Positions 30,467 to 40,635 are shown, numbered from the stretch's first letter. The stretch: DNA of 64,000 nt from Trueperaceae bacterium (GCA_965215565.1 CBDCDZ010000004.1:1696001-1760000), one strand, 5' to 3'. Numbers and translations: made by a program. Notes: generated by a model from the letters alone, not told the origin.

Positions 30467-31615
30467 ATGAAAGTCATCTTAGGAAGTCAAAAGTCAAGCG
30501 GCGTGCCGGAATTTGCGGGCTCGAGCTGGGTGCGCTTGCAGTACATGTTGGGACTCCGCGCCTTAGGCGTCGAGAGCTACTGGGTGGACCGCTTACCTGA
30601 GGTCAAATCCGATAAAAACCCGCACAGCCTAGACTACCTCACTAAACGATTTGCCGCGATGATGAAACAGTTTGGTTTAGAGAATAACTATTGCATCGTC
30701 TATAACGGCGGCGAGCAGCATTTTGGGATGAGCGAAGAAGAACTCAGTGGACTCGCGGACGAGGCGGACGTGCTCATCAACATCAGCGGGCACTTGCCGG
30801 AAAGCTCCCCCTTGATGCGCGTCCCGCGCCGTGCCTACGTAGATGTGGACCCCGGTTTTACGCAAATTTGGGCGCACGAAGTCGATATGAACTTCGGTAA
30901 GCACACACACTTCTTCACCATCGGGCAGACCGTGGGCACGCCCGACTTTAAGATTCCACTGCAAGGGATTGACTGGCATGTCATCCGCCCGCCGATTGCG
31001 CTGAGCGAGTGGACGCCGAATATAAGCGAGTCGCACACGCGCTTTTCCACCATCGCCGACTGGCGCGGCTCGCAAGAGGCGATTTTCGAAGGGGTCTATC
31101 ACGGCGGCAAGCGCGACGAGTTCGTCAAGTTTTTGCGGCTGCCCCCCTACACAGGCGAACGCTTCGAGTTGGCGCTCTGCATCGGGCAGCACGACTATGA
31201 GGATTTAGGGCTCTTGGACGGGCACTTGTGGAAAGTTCAAAATTTTGCTCAGTATACGGGCGACGTTGAGAGCTACCGGGAGTTTATCCAGGACTCGAGG
31301 GCCGAATTCAGCGTTGCTAAAGGGGGTTACGTGCGCTCGAATAGCGGCTGGGTGAGTGACCGGACGGCGTGTTACTTAGCCTCCGGCAAACCTGCGCTCG
31401 TGCAGTCCACCGGGTTTGAGAAGCAGTTGCCGACAGGAAAGGGCTTGATTACGTTTGAGACGTTAGACGAAGCAGTCAAAGGCGTTGAAGCGATTAACGC
31501 GAATTATCTCTCTCACGCGGAAGCGGCGCGGAAGATTGCCGAAGAGTATTTCGACTCAGCGAAGATTTTACCCGCGATGTTGGAGCATGTTGGGTTAGGC
31601 GTTGGTGCAAACTAA
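30467..31615 (+). CDS. putative GT-B fold glycosyltransferase
   Basis: YVDVDPGFTQIW, GWVSDRTACYLASGKP, TGF..LPTGKG. Confidence 0.65.
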   Translation: MKVILGSQKSSGVPEFAGSSWVRLQYMLGLRALGVESYWVDRLPEVKSDKNPHSLDYLTKRFAAMMKQFGLENNYCIVYNGGEQHFGMSEEELSGLADEADVLINISGHLPESSPLMRVPRRAYVDVDPGFTQIWAHEVDMNFGKHTHFFTIGQTVGTPDFKIPLQGIDWHVIRPPIALSEWTPNISESHTRFSTIADWRGSQEAIFEGVYHGGKRDEFVKFLRLPPYTGERFELALCIGQHDYEDLGLLDGHLWKVQNFAQYTGDVESYREFIQDSRAEFSVAKGGYVRSNSGWVSDRTACYLASGKPALVQSTGFEKQLPTGKGLITFETLDEAVKGVEAINANYLSHAEAARKIAEEYFDSAKILPAMLEHVGLGVGAN

Positions 31616-31682
31616 AGGTGTTTTGGCTGGCAGAAGCTACAAGAGGAAAGTTTTTCGTCAACTAGACGTCGAACTACAATAC

Positions 31683-32234
31683 TTACAGTTTTTTAGGGGA
31701 CCTCGAGACTTCAATGTTCCCCGTCTCGTTCGTCCGCAGTTTATGAACTGAACCCGCAAACATCACAAGACCGAGCCACGCTGCGCAGGAGTAGATAAAG
31801 AGCCAAAGTCCATGGAGCCCGTCAAAGTTGAAGCCGCTGCCGGGCTCCCTCCCAACCGTGAGGACAAAGGCTATAGCGCGGACGCTGCTGAGCGTGCCAA
31901 AAACAGCGAGGATTGAAGCGGTGAGGGGCAAACCCGTGACCCACATGGGAAAGTGGCGTGCGCAGAAAAGCGCCAGGACCCAGAGGGCAAGCGTGAGAAG
32001 GATACTAGGCGCAGCGACCCTCACAAAGAGTGCGGGCGTCAACGAAGGGTACTCTGCTAGGCTCACCAGGGCTGACTTTGACATCTCGAGTAGAAATAGA
32101 AGCCAAGGTAATAGGCTAAGAGAAAGTAGCACGCGCAGGACCACTACGTGTCTACGCCTTAGAGCAGGGACGAACGCTAAACCTACGCCGCTCCCTGCGG
32201 ACAGCAAGAAAATAGACGCGAGAAGGACGAACAT
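31683..32234 (-). CDS. hypothetical membrane protein
   Basis: 183-aa ORF with about 5 hydrophobic segments filling the gap. Confidence 0.6.
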   Translation of the reverse strand: MFVLLASIFLLSAGSGVGLAFVPALRRRHVVVLRVLLSLSLLPWLLFLLEMSKSALVSLAEYPSLTPALFVRVAAPSILLTLALWVLALFCARHFPMWVTGLPLTASILAVFGTLSSVRAIAFVLTVGREPGSGFNFDGLHGLWLFIYSCAAWLGLVMFAGSVHKLRTNETGNIEVSRSPKKL

Positions 32235-32291
32235 TGAGTCAAGGGTACAGAGTTAAACATCCCGCTTCGTGTGAAGGCGAGTAGGGCACCG

Positions 32292-33134
32292 TCACATCCA
32301 CCTTTTGCGCCGCTTATACGACTTGATGTTCTTAAACGACTTGCGCGCCTCCCCTTCTCCCATTCCCATATAAAACTCTTTCACGTCGGGGTTATTCTTT
32401 AACTGCGCCGCGCTGCCCTCCAACACGATGCGCCCTTGCTCCATGATGTAACCGTAATCGGCAATCCCTAAAGCCACGTTCGCGTTCTGCTCCACAACTA
32501 GAATCGTCATACCTTCTGCGTTCACCTTTTTGATACGCTCAAAAATATCTTTGACCAGCAGCGGCGCAAGCCCCAAGCTCGGCTCGTCTAAAAGGAGCAG
32601 CTTAGGCGCGGCCATGAGCGCTCGCCCGATGGCAATCATCTGCTGCTCGCCGCCACTCGTATAGCCCGCTTGCCGGCCTCTTAAATCGTGAAGACGCGGA
32701 AAAATCTCGTAGATATGCGCTAACTCCTCCCTCATGTTGACGCCCTGCCGCGTAATCGAGCCGACGCGCAAGTTCTCCTCCACCGAGAGGTGCTTGAAAA
32801 CGCGCCGCCCTTCGGGAACCTGGACGATTCCCTTTTTGACGATGCGTTGACCCGTGAGATGCTGCGTTTCATCCCCTTCAAAGGTGACGCTGCCCTCGCG
32901 CACTTCGCCATTCTCGGGTTTCAAGAGACCAGAAATCGCGCGGAGCGTCGTCGTCTTGCCCGCGCCGTTCGTGCCTAACAGCGCGACGATTTTACCTCTC
33001 GGCACCGCAATAGAGACGCCGCGCAAGACCTGAACGATGTCGTGGTAGACGACTTCGATGTTATTAACGCTTAGCTGAATCTCGCCTAAATCTTGAGGGC
33101 GTGTGGGGGCGCAACTTTCTACGGCGTCAGTCAT
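32292..33134 (-). CDS. ABC ATPase, LivF-like
   Basis: GTNGAGKTT, QVPEGRRVF, SGGEQQM, LLDEPSLGLAP. Confidence 0.93.
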   Translation of the reverse strand: MTDAVESCAPTRPQDLGEIQLSVNNIEVVYHDIVQVLRGVSIAVPRGKIVALLGTNGAGKTTTLRAISGLLKPENGEVREGSVTFEGDETQHLTGQRIVKKGIVQVPEGRRVFKHLSVEENLRVGSITRQGVNMREELAHIYEIFPRLHDLRGRQAGYTSGGEQQMIAIGRALMAAPKLLLLDEPSLGLAPLLVKDIFERIKKVNAEGMTILVVEQNANVALGIADYGYIMEQGRIVLEGSAAQLKNNPDVKEFYMGMGEGEARKSFKNIKSYKRRKRWM

Positions 33135-33207
33135 GGGATGTCCAATCAAAATAAATGAGCGTTTCGTTCAGAATGAAGGGGATGTTGGTTGCACCTAAGT
33201 AGAAGAG

Positions 33208-33304
33208 GTGGGGCGGATTTGAAACCCGCCCCTACACCGCGTCAGATTCGCATAGGTTGGAAAGTAACGCTGTGTAGCAGGGATGATTCATGAATCACCT
33301 CTAC
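33208..33304. repeat. GTAG REP pair (type A + 38 nt + type B)
   Basis: gtggggcggatttgaaacccgcccctac ... gtagcagggatgattcatgaatcacctctac. Confidence 0.75.
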
Positions 33305-33311
33305 TTAGGGT

Positions 33312-34517
33312 TTAGTTTGAACTAATTTCAGAAAAGGTCTCGGACTGGTAGGGTTCAGTCATCGGCACGAATTCGCCCCCTTCAACCTGCAAGAGGCGCA
33401 GGGCGTCCACACCGACGTGGTCATCTTCGCTAAAAGAAACAGGCGAGACGCCAAAGCCAGAGTCGTACGCGCCTTCCGCCTCATCGTTCATCGCTAGCAG
33501 TTCTTCGTACATCATCGCTGAGTCGATTTCATCGCCGCGCTCGGCGACGCGCCGCGCCGCTTCGATGTAGATGGCGGCTTGCATGAGTCCCGTCGTATAG
33601 TTCACGTCTTGGATACTTTCCTCACTGCGCCCGTAGCGCTCGCCGATTTCGCGCTGAAGCTGCATTCCCTGAGTTTGTTCGCTTTCTAGCACGAAGCTCG
33701 TCGCCCACAAGAAACCCTCCGCCGCCTCCCCCGCCAAGCTCGTCAAGGTGGAGCCGCCCGTGTAGTGTGCACCCATGAAAGTCATCGAATCCAAAAGCCC
33801 TAGCGCCTGCGCCGCATTCAGCATCGCTGCAACGGGCGATTGCACCGTCTGACTGATGACGTACTGGACGCCCTCAGCGTTCCACCTTTGCAACGTCGCT
33901 GTGTAGTCCGTCCCTTCACCGTGCTCTTGCACACCGACGATTTCAATGCCTAGAACCTCCGCCGCTGCCTGCGCATCCTCGACGGGCGCACGTCCGAAGG
34001 GGCTCGGGTGTGCGAGAATGGCGACTTTAGGTGCGGCGTCGCCCTCGTGGTTCTCGGCAATCCAATCTAGGAGCGCCACAACCTGCTCACTGTAAGAGGT
34101 GATGGGCAAGAAGTTGTAGGCGTTGTCGGGCGGGTTGATCACGCCGATATGCAGGCTCGCCGAAATCATCGGTATCTCCTCCTCGACGGCGTTGAGTTTA
34201 AGCTGCAAGGTCGCGCCCGTCGCGTAGGAGATAAAGGCGTCCATCTCTTCGTCTAGGTACGACTCGAAGTTGCGGAGCGTGTTGTCGTTGTTGTAGCCGT
34301 CGTCGTTGACCAGACATTCGACGCTCACGTCGGGGATGAGGTTCTCTTCGTTGGCGTAGCGGCAGTAGTCTTGCACCGCCTCGAAAACGAAGCGTCCGGC
34401 GTCGCTGGTGGGTCCGGTGACTGCACCCGACCAACCGATGACGACTTCATCCTGGGCGTAGCTCAGCCCGATGAGGGCACAGCAGAGGGTAAGCAATACT
34501 GTTTTAGCTCGTTTCAT
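33312..34517 (-). CDS. ABC substrate-binding protein, LivK-like
   Basis: Signal peptide MKRAKTVLLTLCCALIGLSYA, VTGPTS, DDGYN. Confidence 0.9.
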   Translation of the reverse strand: MKRAKTVLLTLCCALIGLSYAQDEVVIGWSGAVTGPTSDAGRFVFEAVQDYCRYANEENLIPDVSVECLVNDDGYNNDNTLRNFESYLDEEMDAFISYATGATLQLKLNAVEEEIPMISASLHIGVINPPDNAYNFLPITSYSEQVVALLDWIAENHEGDAAPKVAILAHPSPFGRAPVEDAQAAAEVLGIEIVGVQEHGEGTDYTATLQRWNAEGVQYVISQTVQSPVAAMLNAAQALGLLDSMTFMGAHYTGGSTLTSLAGEAAEGFLWATSFVLESEQTQGMQLQREIGERYGRSEESIQDVNYTTGLMQAAIYIEAARRVAERGDEIDSAMMYEELLAMNDEAEGAYDSGFGVSPVSFSEDDHVGVDALRLLQVEGGEFVPMTEPYQSETFSEISSN

Positions 34518-34589
34518 TCTGTCTCCTTGTGAATAGAAAAGATGAATGACAGGGTGTGATGATCTCTCTAGATATTCTTTGAATATCTG

Positions 34590-34746
34590 TAGCAGTTCCA
34601 CTTATCATTGCTTGGACGAAGTCATGTGAAGCAACACTTCTCCGCAGATCTCAGCCTGTCAAGGCTAGCGGAACTTCATCCCTGAAAGTGCGTGCTAGGC
34701 GATGTTCTTCTCAGTAAGAGTGTAGCTGACCAGATGATACCTGCTA
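34590..34746 (-). mobile_element. TAGCAG-family MITE, reverse orientation
   Basis: tagcagttcca...cagatgatacctgcta, flanked by CTG/CTG. Confidence 0.85.
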
Positions 34747-34863
34747 CTGAATACCTCTTTTAGTCGATAGCTCGAGCCACCTCCTCCAGAAGCTCTACGG
34801 CCACCTCTCGCGAGTTTACGCGGGTAGAGCCACCTCTTTTTTCGGTCCAGAGCGAGCATACCA

Positions 34864-35976
34864 TTAAAATTTGAACGGCCACCGCTTGAAGTACTGACGA
34901 ATAAGCCGCCACCAGTTCGCTAAACCCCTCGGCTCAAAAATCAGGAAGAGCACGATAATCAGCCCAAACACAGTGGGTCTCATGGCAGTTGCCACGTCGA
35001 TATTGTTGGGAAAGACCTGACCTAAGAACCCTGAGAACTCCTCCACCCAGGGGTCTAAGAAGAGGATGAAGGCGGGTCCAATCAGTGACCCCACCATAGT
35101 TCCCAGTCCTCCGACAATCGCCATTGCCAAAAAGTCAATAGAAATACCGAGCGTAAACGACTCGACAATCGCGCTGCCGTTATAGAGCGTAAAAAGTGCA
35201 CCTGCCACGCCTGCATAGAACCCGGCAACCGCAAACGCCATCACTTTGGTGCGCCCCGGCGCAATCCCCATCGCGTCCGCCGCCCGGTCATTATCGCGCA
35301 CCGCGATGAGCGAACGCCCGTACTTGCTGCGCAAGAGGTTGCGCATGAAAATCGCCATGATGACCACCACGGCGAGCACAAAATAATAGAAGAAGGGACC
35401 GATGGTAGACGAGCCGCTGATGCGCTCCCCGAAAAAGTCGATGCGCGGGATGCGGATGCTGCCCCCCTGATTGAGCCAGGGCGAATGCCCTACCGTCCAG
35501 GTGAAGATAATCTGAAAGGCGAGCGTGGAAATGGCAAGGTAGAGGTGTTTGAGTCGCAAACTCGGCAGCCCGACGAACGCCCCGAAGCCTGCCGCGACAA
35601 AGCCACAAATGGGTAAGAGGAGGATGACGTACCAAAAGGGAATCGCATCCTCAAAGCCGAACAGCGGCACCGCTAAATCCCGCGTCACTGTAATCGCCGT
35701 GTACGCCCCCACGCCCATAAACGCCGCTTGCCCGATCGAAATCTGCCCTGCGTAGCCCGTCACTAAGTTGAGCCCCATCACCGCCACCATATAGATGAGC
35801 GCCAAGTCGAAAAGCCGAAAGAGCGAGCGCGACATAAAGGGGAGTTGCGGCAAGACGAGGAGCGCGAGCAAGAAGATGACTAAAGACGCCTCTTCGCTGT
35901 AAGTGGCGAAAATCGTCTGGTCTTCCTTGTAACTTCTCCGGTAATTACCCGACTGAAACCAGCGATTAACAGCCAT
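34864..35976 (-). CDS. ABC permease, LivM-like
   Basis: GLNLVTGYAGQISIGQAAFMGVG, YLAISTLA, GRSLIAVRDN. Confidence 0.93.
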   Translation of the reverse strand: MAVNRWFQSGNYRRSYKEDQTIFATYSEEASLVIFLLALLVLPQLPFMSRSLFRLFDLALIYMVAVMGLNLVTGYAGQISIGQAAFMGVGAYTAITVTRDLAVPLFGFEDAIPFWYVILLLPICGFVAAGFGAFVGLPSLRLKHLYLAISTLAFQIIFTWTVGHSPWLNQGGSIRIPRIDFFGERISGSSTIGPFFYYFVLAVVVIMAIFMRNLLRSKYGRSLIAVRDNDRAADAMGIAPGRTKVMAFAVAGFYAGVAGALFTLYNGSAIVESFTLGISIDFLAMAIVGGLGTMVGSLIGPAFILFLDPWVEEFSGFLGQVFPNNIDVATAMRPTVFGLIIVLFLIFEPRGLANWWRLIRQYFKRWPFKF

Positions 35977-36092
35977 GATGCGCTCCGCAAAAGCAGGACT
36001 GAGAGAAGCGTTGCGAGGACTGAGTCAAAAGGTCAAAGGTTAAAGGTTGAGAGATACTTTTCTCTTTTCCCTCAGTCCTTTCAACTTGCTTT

Positions 36093-36986
36093 TTATACAC
36101 GTTCGATCTCCACCGTTCCAAAGAGCCCATAGGGCTTGATCAGCAGGATGATAATGAGAAGCACGAAAGGGACAACTTCACCTGTGCCGCCGCCGGGGAC
36201 GAAGGGGTCTAGGTAGCCCGACGCTAAAACCTCGGTGACGCCAATCAGCACACCGCCCACGACTGCGCCCGTCACGGAGTCGAGACCACCTAAGATGACG
36301 GCGGGAAAGACGCGCAGACCGATGGCGGTTAAGCCGGCGAACTCGAGCCCATAGAGCCCCCCTACTACGAAGCCCGCCGCTGTCGCGCTGATGCCCGCCG
36401 CCGCCCACGCCAGCGCAAAGACCCGCTCGATTGAAACCCCAACGCTCAGCGCCGCCAACTGATCATCCGCCACCGCCCGCATCGAAATCCCCAGCGTACT
36501 GCGCGTAAAAAACCAACTCAGCGCGAGGATGAAAAAGAGGGTGAGGCCAATCGCAATCGCTTGCTCCCAGCGGAGGATGATGCCACCAAAGGTGATGGGC
36601 GTGTTCGGCAAAAAGCTCGGAAACCGCGCCGTGAGGGTGCCGAAGGGCGTGAAGTAGACAAGCCCGGAGAGGAGACTCGCCAGACCTATCGTCACCATGA
36701 TGACGCTGATAATCGGTTCGCCGATCATTGGACGCAAGAAGAGGCGTTCGACGCCCTGCCCAACGAAGTACATTAAAACCATCGCCCCGACGAACGACAC
36801 CCAAATAGGGACGCCTGCCCACACCGTTAAACCGTAGATAATAAACGTGCCGATGGCAATGAGTTCGCCGTGCGCGAAGTTGATGACGCGGCTGGCTTTG
36901 TAGATGAGGACGAAGCCCAAAGCGGCTAAGGCGTAGATGCAGCCGACAGCGACGCCCGTGACGATAAGCTGAAGAAAGTAGGTCAT
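36093..36986 (-). CDS. ABC permease, LivH-like
   Basis: GCIYALAALGFVLIY, INFAHG, MRAVADD, KPYGLFG. Confidence 0.93.
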   Translation of the reverse strand: MTYFLQLIVTGVAVGCIYALAALGFVLIYKASRVINFAHGELIAIGTFIIYGLTVWAGVPIWVSFVGAMVLMYFVGQGVERLFLRPMIGEPIISVIMVTIGLASLLSGLVYFTPFGTLTARFPSFLPNTPITFGGIILRWEQAIAIGLTLFFILALSWFFTRSTLGISMRAVADDQLAALSVGVSIERVFALAWAAAGISATAAGFVVGGLYGLEFAGLTAIGLRVFPAVILGGLDSVTGAVVGGVLIGVTEVLASGYLDPFVPGGGTGEVVPFVLLIIILLIKPYGLFGTVEIERV

Positions 36987-37384
36987 AGGGAAACCTCTTC
37001 TTTAGGTGAAGGCCCGAAGCGGTTCTCACCCTCTGACCCTGCTAAACAACCTGTTTCGATGAACGCCCAAATCCCCCCGATGAGCGGCACGAAATTGATT
37101 AAGTACCACCACCCCGACTTCCCTCTGTCGTGCCAGCGCTTCACCTGTGTGGCGATGCCGGGCCATAAGAGCGCGAGGCTCCAGACAATCGCGAGCCAAT
37201 CCATAGGACCGCTGGGGCTGGTTTGGTTTGCGCCGCTCACGCCGCCCGCAAGAAGTCCGATGAGCAGGGAGATGCCGAGCGCAGGCAGCAGAAAATTGAG
37301 CCAGTACTGCTTGCGGCTGATGCGTCCTTTTAGGGAGAACAAAAACCACTGCCAATCCATCTGTTCGTTCACCTGTTTGGTCAC
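36983..37384 (-). CDS. DUF805 family membrane protein
   Basis: GRISRKQYW, VKRWHDRGKSGWW, NRFG. Confidence 0.9.
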   Translation of the reverse strand: MTKQVNEQMDWQWFLFSLKGRISRKQYWLNFLLPALGISLLIGLLAGGVSGANQTSPSGPMDWLAIVWSLALLWPGIATQVKRWHDRGKSGWWYLINFVPLIGGIWAFIETGCLAGSEGENRFGPSPKEEVSL

Positions 37385-37397
37385 TGTATACCTTTAT

Positions 37398-39365
37398 TCA
37401 CTGGACACCTCGAGCCGTCTTCTCTGGTTGGCGCGACTTCTCCGCTGAATCCGCCTCTAAAATCCGCACGTCCGTCTCCACCTCGTTGACTTGCCCGTCC
37501 TGATAGCGAAACTCCGCCTTGATGCTGACCTCTTCTAACTCCGGTTGATAGAGCGCTCCTAAAATCTCCCCGTAGCGCTTCCCAACGAAGCCGCGTCGCA
37601 CCTTGCCCGTGCGCGTAAGCTCTTCGTCGTCGGCGTCCAAGAGTTTGTAGAGTAAGACGAGGCGGTGAATGCGCTCCGCTTCATTCAAATCTTCGTTGAC
37701 GCTGTTGACCTCACTCAAGATGAGCTTGGCAACTTCGGTCTGCTGCGACAGGTCCATGTACGTCGTATAGGAAATCCCCTTGTCCTCCGCCCACTTGCCT
37801 ACCGTCATCGGGTCGATGTTGATTAGCGCGGTGATAAAGGGTTGATCGTCGCCGTACACCACCGCCTCTTTGATAAAGGGGCTGAACTTGAGCTTATTTT
37901 CGATGAACTGCGGGCTGAACATGTGCCCGCTGCCCGTGTGCATCACGTCACCCACACGGTCGATGATGACTAGGTGTCCGTCCTCGTCGAGATAGCCCGC
38001 GTCGCCACTTCTAAACCAGCCGCCTTCCGCCAAGACCTCTTCGAAATCTTCATCACGCTCGTAGTAGCCGTGACAGACGCCGTCGCAGCGGGTTAAAACC
38101 TCGCCGCTCTCGGAGATTTTCACCTCGACGCCAGGGAGCGGCAAGCCCACCGTATCGTGCTTCACGTCGCCGTCGCGCTGGATATACGCTAAGCCGGAGG
38201 TCTCGGTCTGTCCGTAGACCTGTTTGAGATTGACGCCCATCCCCTGAAAGAACTTGAAGGTGTCGGGTCCTAACGCCGCGCCGCCCGTGTAGGCGCGTTT
38301 GAGGCGCAGGAAACCCAACTGGTCTTTCATCGGGCGAAAGAGCGCGAAGTGGGCGAAGCGGTAGCCGATTCGTAGCCCTAGCGGTAAAGACTCGCCGCGC
38401 ATTCGGTAGTCGGCGGCGCGGCGTCCGACGTTCATGAGCGTCTTGTACGTCCAGCGGTTGAAGGGGTAAGACTCGTCCATCTTGACCCAGATATTCGACT
38501 GGACGCCCTCCCAAACACGCGGCGCACCCAGCATCATGTGGGGTCCAATCTCTTTGAGGTCGTCCATCGCCGTCTCGCTCGACTCGGGGAAATTCACCAC
38601 CATGCCCGTCAAGAGCGGCACGGCGAGCGCGAAGACTTGCTCGACGATCCAGGCGAAGGGGAGGTACGAGACGTAATCGTCGCCCTCGGCGATGGGGTCA
38701 ACTTGGTGGAGGGCGTGCGCCATCGCCAGGTAGTTGCGGTGGCTGAGCATGGCGGCTTTGGGGCGTCCGGTGGTGCCTGACGTTGCCGAGAGGTGGCAGA
38801 TGTCGTCCGAAGCGCCTTGCGCCACATGTTCGGCGAAGAGGGTAGGCTCGCGCTGGTGGAAGGCGTCGCCCGTCTCCAAAAGCTGCTGCCAGCTCATGAA
38901 CCAGTCGTCCTCTAAGTAGGGACGCATCCCCTTCTCGTCCTCGAAGATGACCTTTTTGATGTTCGGCAGTTCGCTCCGCAACGCCAAGACCTTATCGACT
39001 TGCTCTTGGTCTTCGGCTAGTACGAGGCTGGCTTCGCTGTACTCCAAGAGATACTTCACCTCGTCGCGCCCCGACGACTGATAAATCCCGATGGTCATTG
39101 CGCCTAAGCTTTGCGCCGCAAGTTCCGTGATGGTCCACTCGGGGATGTTGTCGGCGATGACGGCGACTCTGTCGCCTGGGGTAACGCCCAGCGAGAGGAG
39201 CCCTAAAGCGGCGTTGCGGACTTTGGTCTCGAGCCCCCGCCACGTCAACTCGTTCCAGATGCCGTAGTCCTTCTTGCGAAGCGCCACCTTGTCGGGTGTG
39301 GCAGCGGCGCGTTTTAGGAGGAGCTGCGGCAAGGTCATGTGCGCCATCTCGCGCGTTACGTTCAT
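37398..39365 (-). CDS. long-chain acyl-CoA synthetase (AMP-binding)
   Basis: TSGTTGRPK, YGQTE, SGDAG; start MNVTREM. Confidence 0.92.
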   Translation of the reverse strand: MNVTREMAHMTLPQLLLKRAAATPDKVALRKKDYGIWNELTWRGLETKVRNAALGLLSLGVTPGDRVAVIADNIPEWTITELAAQSLGAMTIGIYQSSGRDEVKYLLEYSEASLVLAEDQEQVDKVLALRSELPNIKKVIFEDEKGMRPYLEDDWFMSWQQLLETGDAFHQREPTLFAEHVAQGASDDICHLSATSGTTGRPKAAMLSHRNYLAMAHALHQVDPIAEGDDYVSYLPFAWIVEQVFALAVPLLTGMVVNFPESSETAMDDLKEIGPHMMLGAPRVWEGVQSNIWVKMDESYPFNRWTYKTLMNVGRRAADYRMRGESLPLGLRIGYRFAHFALFRPMKDQLGFLRLKRAYTGGAALGPDTFKFFQGMGVNLKQVYGQTETSGLAYIQRDGDVKHDTVGLPLPGVEVKISESGEVLTRCDGVCHGYYERDEDFEEVLAEGGWFRSGDAGYLDEDGHLVIIDRVGDVMHTGSGHMFSPQFIENKLKFSPFIKEAVVYGDDQPFITALINIDPMTVGKWAEDKGISYTTYMDLSQQTEVAKLILSEVNSVNEDLNEAERIHRLVLLYKLLDADDEELTRTGKVRRGFVGKRYGEILGALYQPELEEVSIKAEFRYQDGQVNEVETDVRILEADSAEKSRQPEKTARGVQ

Positions 39366-39387
39366 GAGGGAACCTCTTGAAGCTCGT

Positions 39388-40179
39388 TCATACGGAGACC
39401 TCTTCGTCCCCCACGTACGCCTCGATGACGGCGGGGTCTTTGGCGACCTCTTGCGGTTTACCCCCCGCGATGCGTTCGCCGAAGTCCAGCACGTAGACGA
39501 AGTCGCTGATGTCCATGACCACACCCAAATCGTGCTCGATTAAGACTACCGTCATGTCACGCTCCGCCTGAATATCTAAGATGAAGCGCACGATATCCTC
39601 TTTTTCGCCTAAGGTCATGCCCGCCATCGGCTCGTCTAAAAGGAGGAGTTTGGGACCGAGCGTCAAGGCCCGCGCCATCTCCACGCGCTTACGCACGCCG
39701 TAGGCGAGGCTGCCCACCACCTTTTTGCGGTAGGGTTCTAACTCCATAAAGTCGATGACCTCTTCCACGTAGGCGCGGTTTTGGCTCTCCTGTTTGCTCG
39801 TGCGTCCGTAAAAGAAGAGCGCTTGCCAGAAGCTGTAGTTGAGGTGCGCGTGCCGCGCCAACATGAGGTTGTCTAGCACCGACAGTCCCGAAAAGAGTTC
39901 GATATTTTGAAAGGCTCTGGCGACGCCCAACTTTGAAATTTGGTGCGGGCTCGCGCCCACTAAATCGTGACCTTCAAACTGAACCCTTCCGCTCGTCGCC
40001 TCGTAAAAGCCCGAGACGCAGTTTAGGAGGCTCGTCTTACCCGCGCCATTAGGACCTATGACCGAGGTGATCGTATTGGGCTCAACGCTGAGTGAGACGC
40101 GGCTCAGCGCGTTGAGCCCGCCGAAGGTGAGCGTCAGGTTCTCAACGACGAGTTGAGGAGATGCGGCTCGAGAAGCCAC
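39388..40179 (-). CDS. ABC ATPase, LivG-like
   Basis: GPNGAGKTS, LLDEPMAG, IEHD, VIEAYVG. Confidence 0.93.
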   Translation of the reverse strand: MASRAASPQLVVENLTLTFGGLNALSRVSLSVEPNTITSVIGPNGAGKTSLLNCVSGFYEATSGRVQFEGHDLVGASPHQISKLGVARAFQNIELFSGLSVLDNLMLARHAHLNYSFWQALFFYGRTSKQESQNRAYVEEVIDFMELEPYRKKVVGSLAYGVRKRVEMARALTLGPKLLLLDEPMAGMTLGEKEDIVRFILDIQAERDMTVVLIEHDLGVVMDISDFVYVLDFGERIAGGKPQEVAKDPAVIEAYVGDEEVSV

Positions 40180-40268
40180 GGGGTTGCACCTCGTTTCTTA
40201 CAGCAAGGATGACTTAGGGTAACGTGCTGCAAGTATATCAGTGAGGTGAAAGCGCATGTCAACTAATA

Positions 40269-40379
40269 TAGCAAGTATCATTTGGTTTGAGCCAGTCTCA
40301 CGTTAGAGAACTTGGGCGAACGCGCACATTCTTAAATGATACTTGCGCTATTCCAATTCAGTACTTCTGTGAACTGCTT
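40269..40379 (+). mobile_element. degenerate TAGCAG-family MITE (core length)
   Basis: tagcaagtatcatttggtttgag...cgcacattcttaaatgatacttgcgc...gaactgct. Confidence 0.7.
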
Positions 40380-40395
40380 TATCAGACTGAAAAGG

Positions 40396-40487
40396 GGGTG
40401 TCACAATGTGTGGGCGTTCGAAGTTACCCGCGCTGCGCGTTAGCAAGCTGAACATAGAGCGTTTAAGGATGTCACGTTGTGACACCC
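40396..40487. repeat. small element bounded by a 15-bp inverted repeat (candidate third MITE type)
   Basis: gggtgtcacaatgtg ... cacgttgtgacaccc. Confidence 0.5.
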
Positions 40488-40503
40488 TTAAATCACTTTG
40501 GTA

Positions 40504-40635
40504 TAGCAGGTATCATCTGGTCAGAGTGTACGAAGTTATGCGAAGCAACACTCTCACTTTGTGAAACGCTGTTTAGCACGCACTTTAAGGGATGATACCT
40601 GCGTTCAACTGTCTCAGTGTGTCGTGGAACTGCTA
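40504..40635 (+). mobile_element. TAGCAG-family MITE, core plus one 21-nt insert
   Basis: 132 bp, flanked by GTA/GTA. Confidence 0.88.
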
